Under the pieces are notes generated by a model. The model ran no database searches and was not told the origin of the DNA. It saw nothing but the letters and a program-made list of their open reading frames with translations. Shown in pieces: positions 63,741-64,000 of a DNA stretch of 64,000 bases (the first letter of the stretch is position 1; each line of letters opens with the position of its first letter). Made by a program: the position numbers and the translations under genes. Source of the stretch: Takakia lepidozioides (lineage: Eukaryota > Plantae > Bryophyta); the NCBI GenBank assembly GCA_030704615.1, contig CM060731.1, positions 53,010,001 to 53,074,000 of the forward strand, written 5' to 3'.

Positions 63741-64000
63741 TCAACATTTCTTCCGCTTTTGAGGTCGCCATTCGAAAGCTGCAACCGCCTCGGATGCGTT
63801 TCCCATTTCTGAGGCACGCACCCAAGATGCCTCCACATGATGATAGCCCTTCCATTTGACGAGATACTCCGTTTCTCGGTTCTTGAACCTCCTCGACTTA
63901 AGTATTGCCTCCACCTCGTACTCAGGTTCATTTTCATGATCCAATAGCATAGGTGGCGGACGCAATACTTGATGCCGATTCGGACGCGCTTCATCTTTGA
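63741..64000 (-). CDS. C-terminus of gypsy pol/integrase with chromodomain (partial)
   Basis: RPPPMLLD...EYEVEAILKSRR...EYLVKWKGY...ASW, a typical chromovirus chromodomain. Confidence 0.92.
   Translation of the reverse strand, partial: KDEARPNRHQVLRPPPMLLDHENEPEYEVEAILKSRRFKNRETEYLVKWKGYHHVEASWVRASEMGNASEAVAAFEWRPQKRKKC

Overview
Eukaryotic, repeat-rich window from a land plant, probably a bryophyte or other non-seed plant. This is inferred from spliceosomal introns, a PLS-type PPR remnant, a DUF3455 gene and a chromovirus. Three intact-looking host genes are present: an 11-exon adenosine-deaminase-like/N6-mAMP deaminase (minus, 7934-11860), a divergently oriented RFI2/IPI1-type RING-H2 E3 ligase (16004-20215) and a 2-exon secreted DUF3455 protein (52319-53049). 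The rest is mostly transposons: a C/A-rich satellite in a probable long LTR, a hAT 3' end, several LINE 3' fragments, a CACTA element and a Ty3/gypsy chromovirus nested in it. The CACTA TnpA-like gene carries an FCP1/NIF phosphatase-like domain. The centrepiece (about 25.1-51.4 kb) is two diverged 12-14 kb Mutator-like elements fused head to head. Each has long TIRs, a DDE/SWIM transposase resembling the Arabidopsis At1g60560/At4g13970 family, and a convergent zinc-finger + unknown-domain + Ulp1-protease gene. Both also carry dense arrays of one short motif (AGTCYG) and two conserved miRNA-like hairpins. One hairpin arm is complementary to the element's own Ulp1/zinc-finger gene. Both copies are now disabled by stops and frameshifts; A also has a 1.7-kb inversion and B a nested MITE. 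Family assignments come from motif recognition only; no searches were run.
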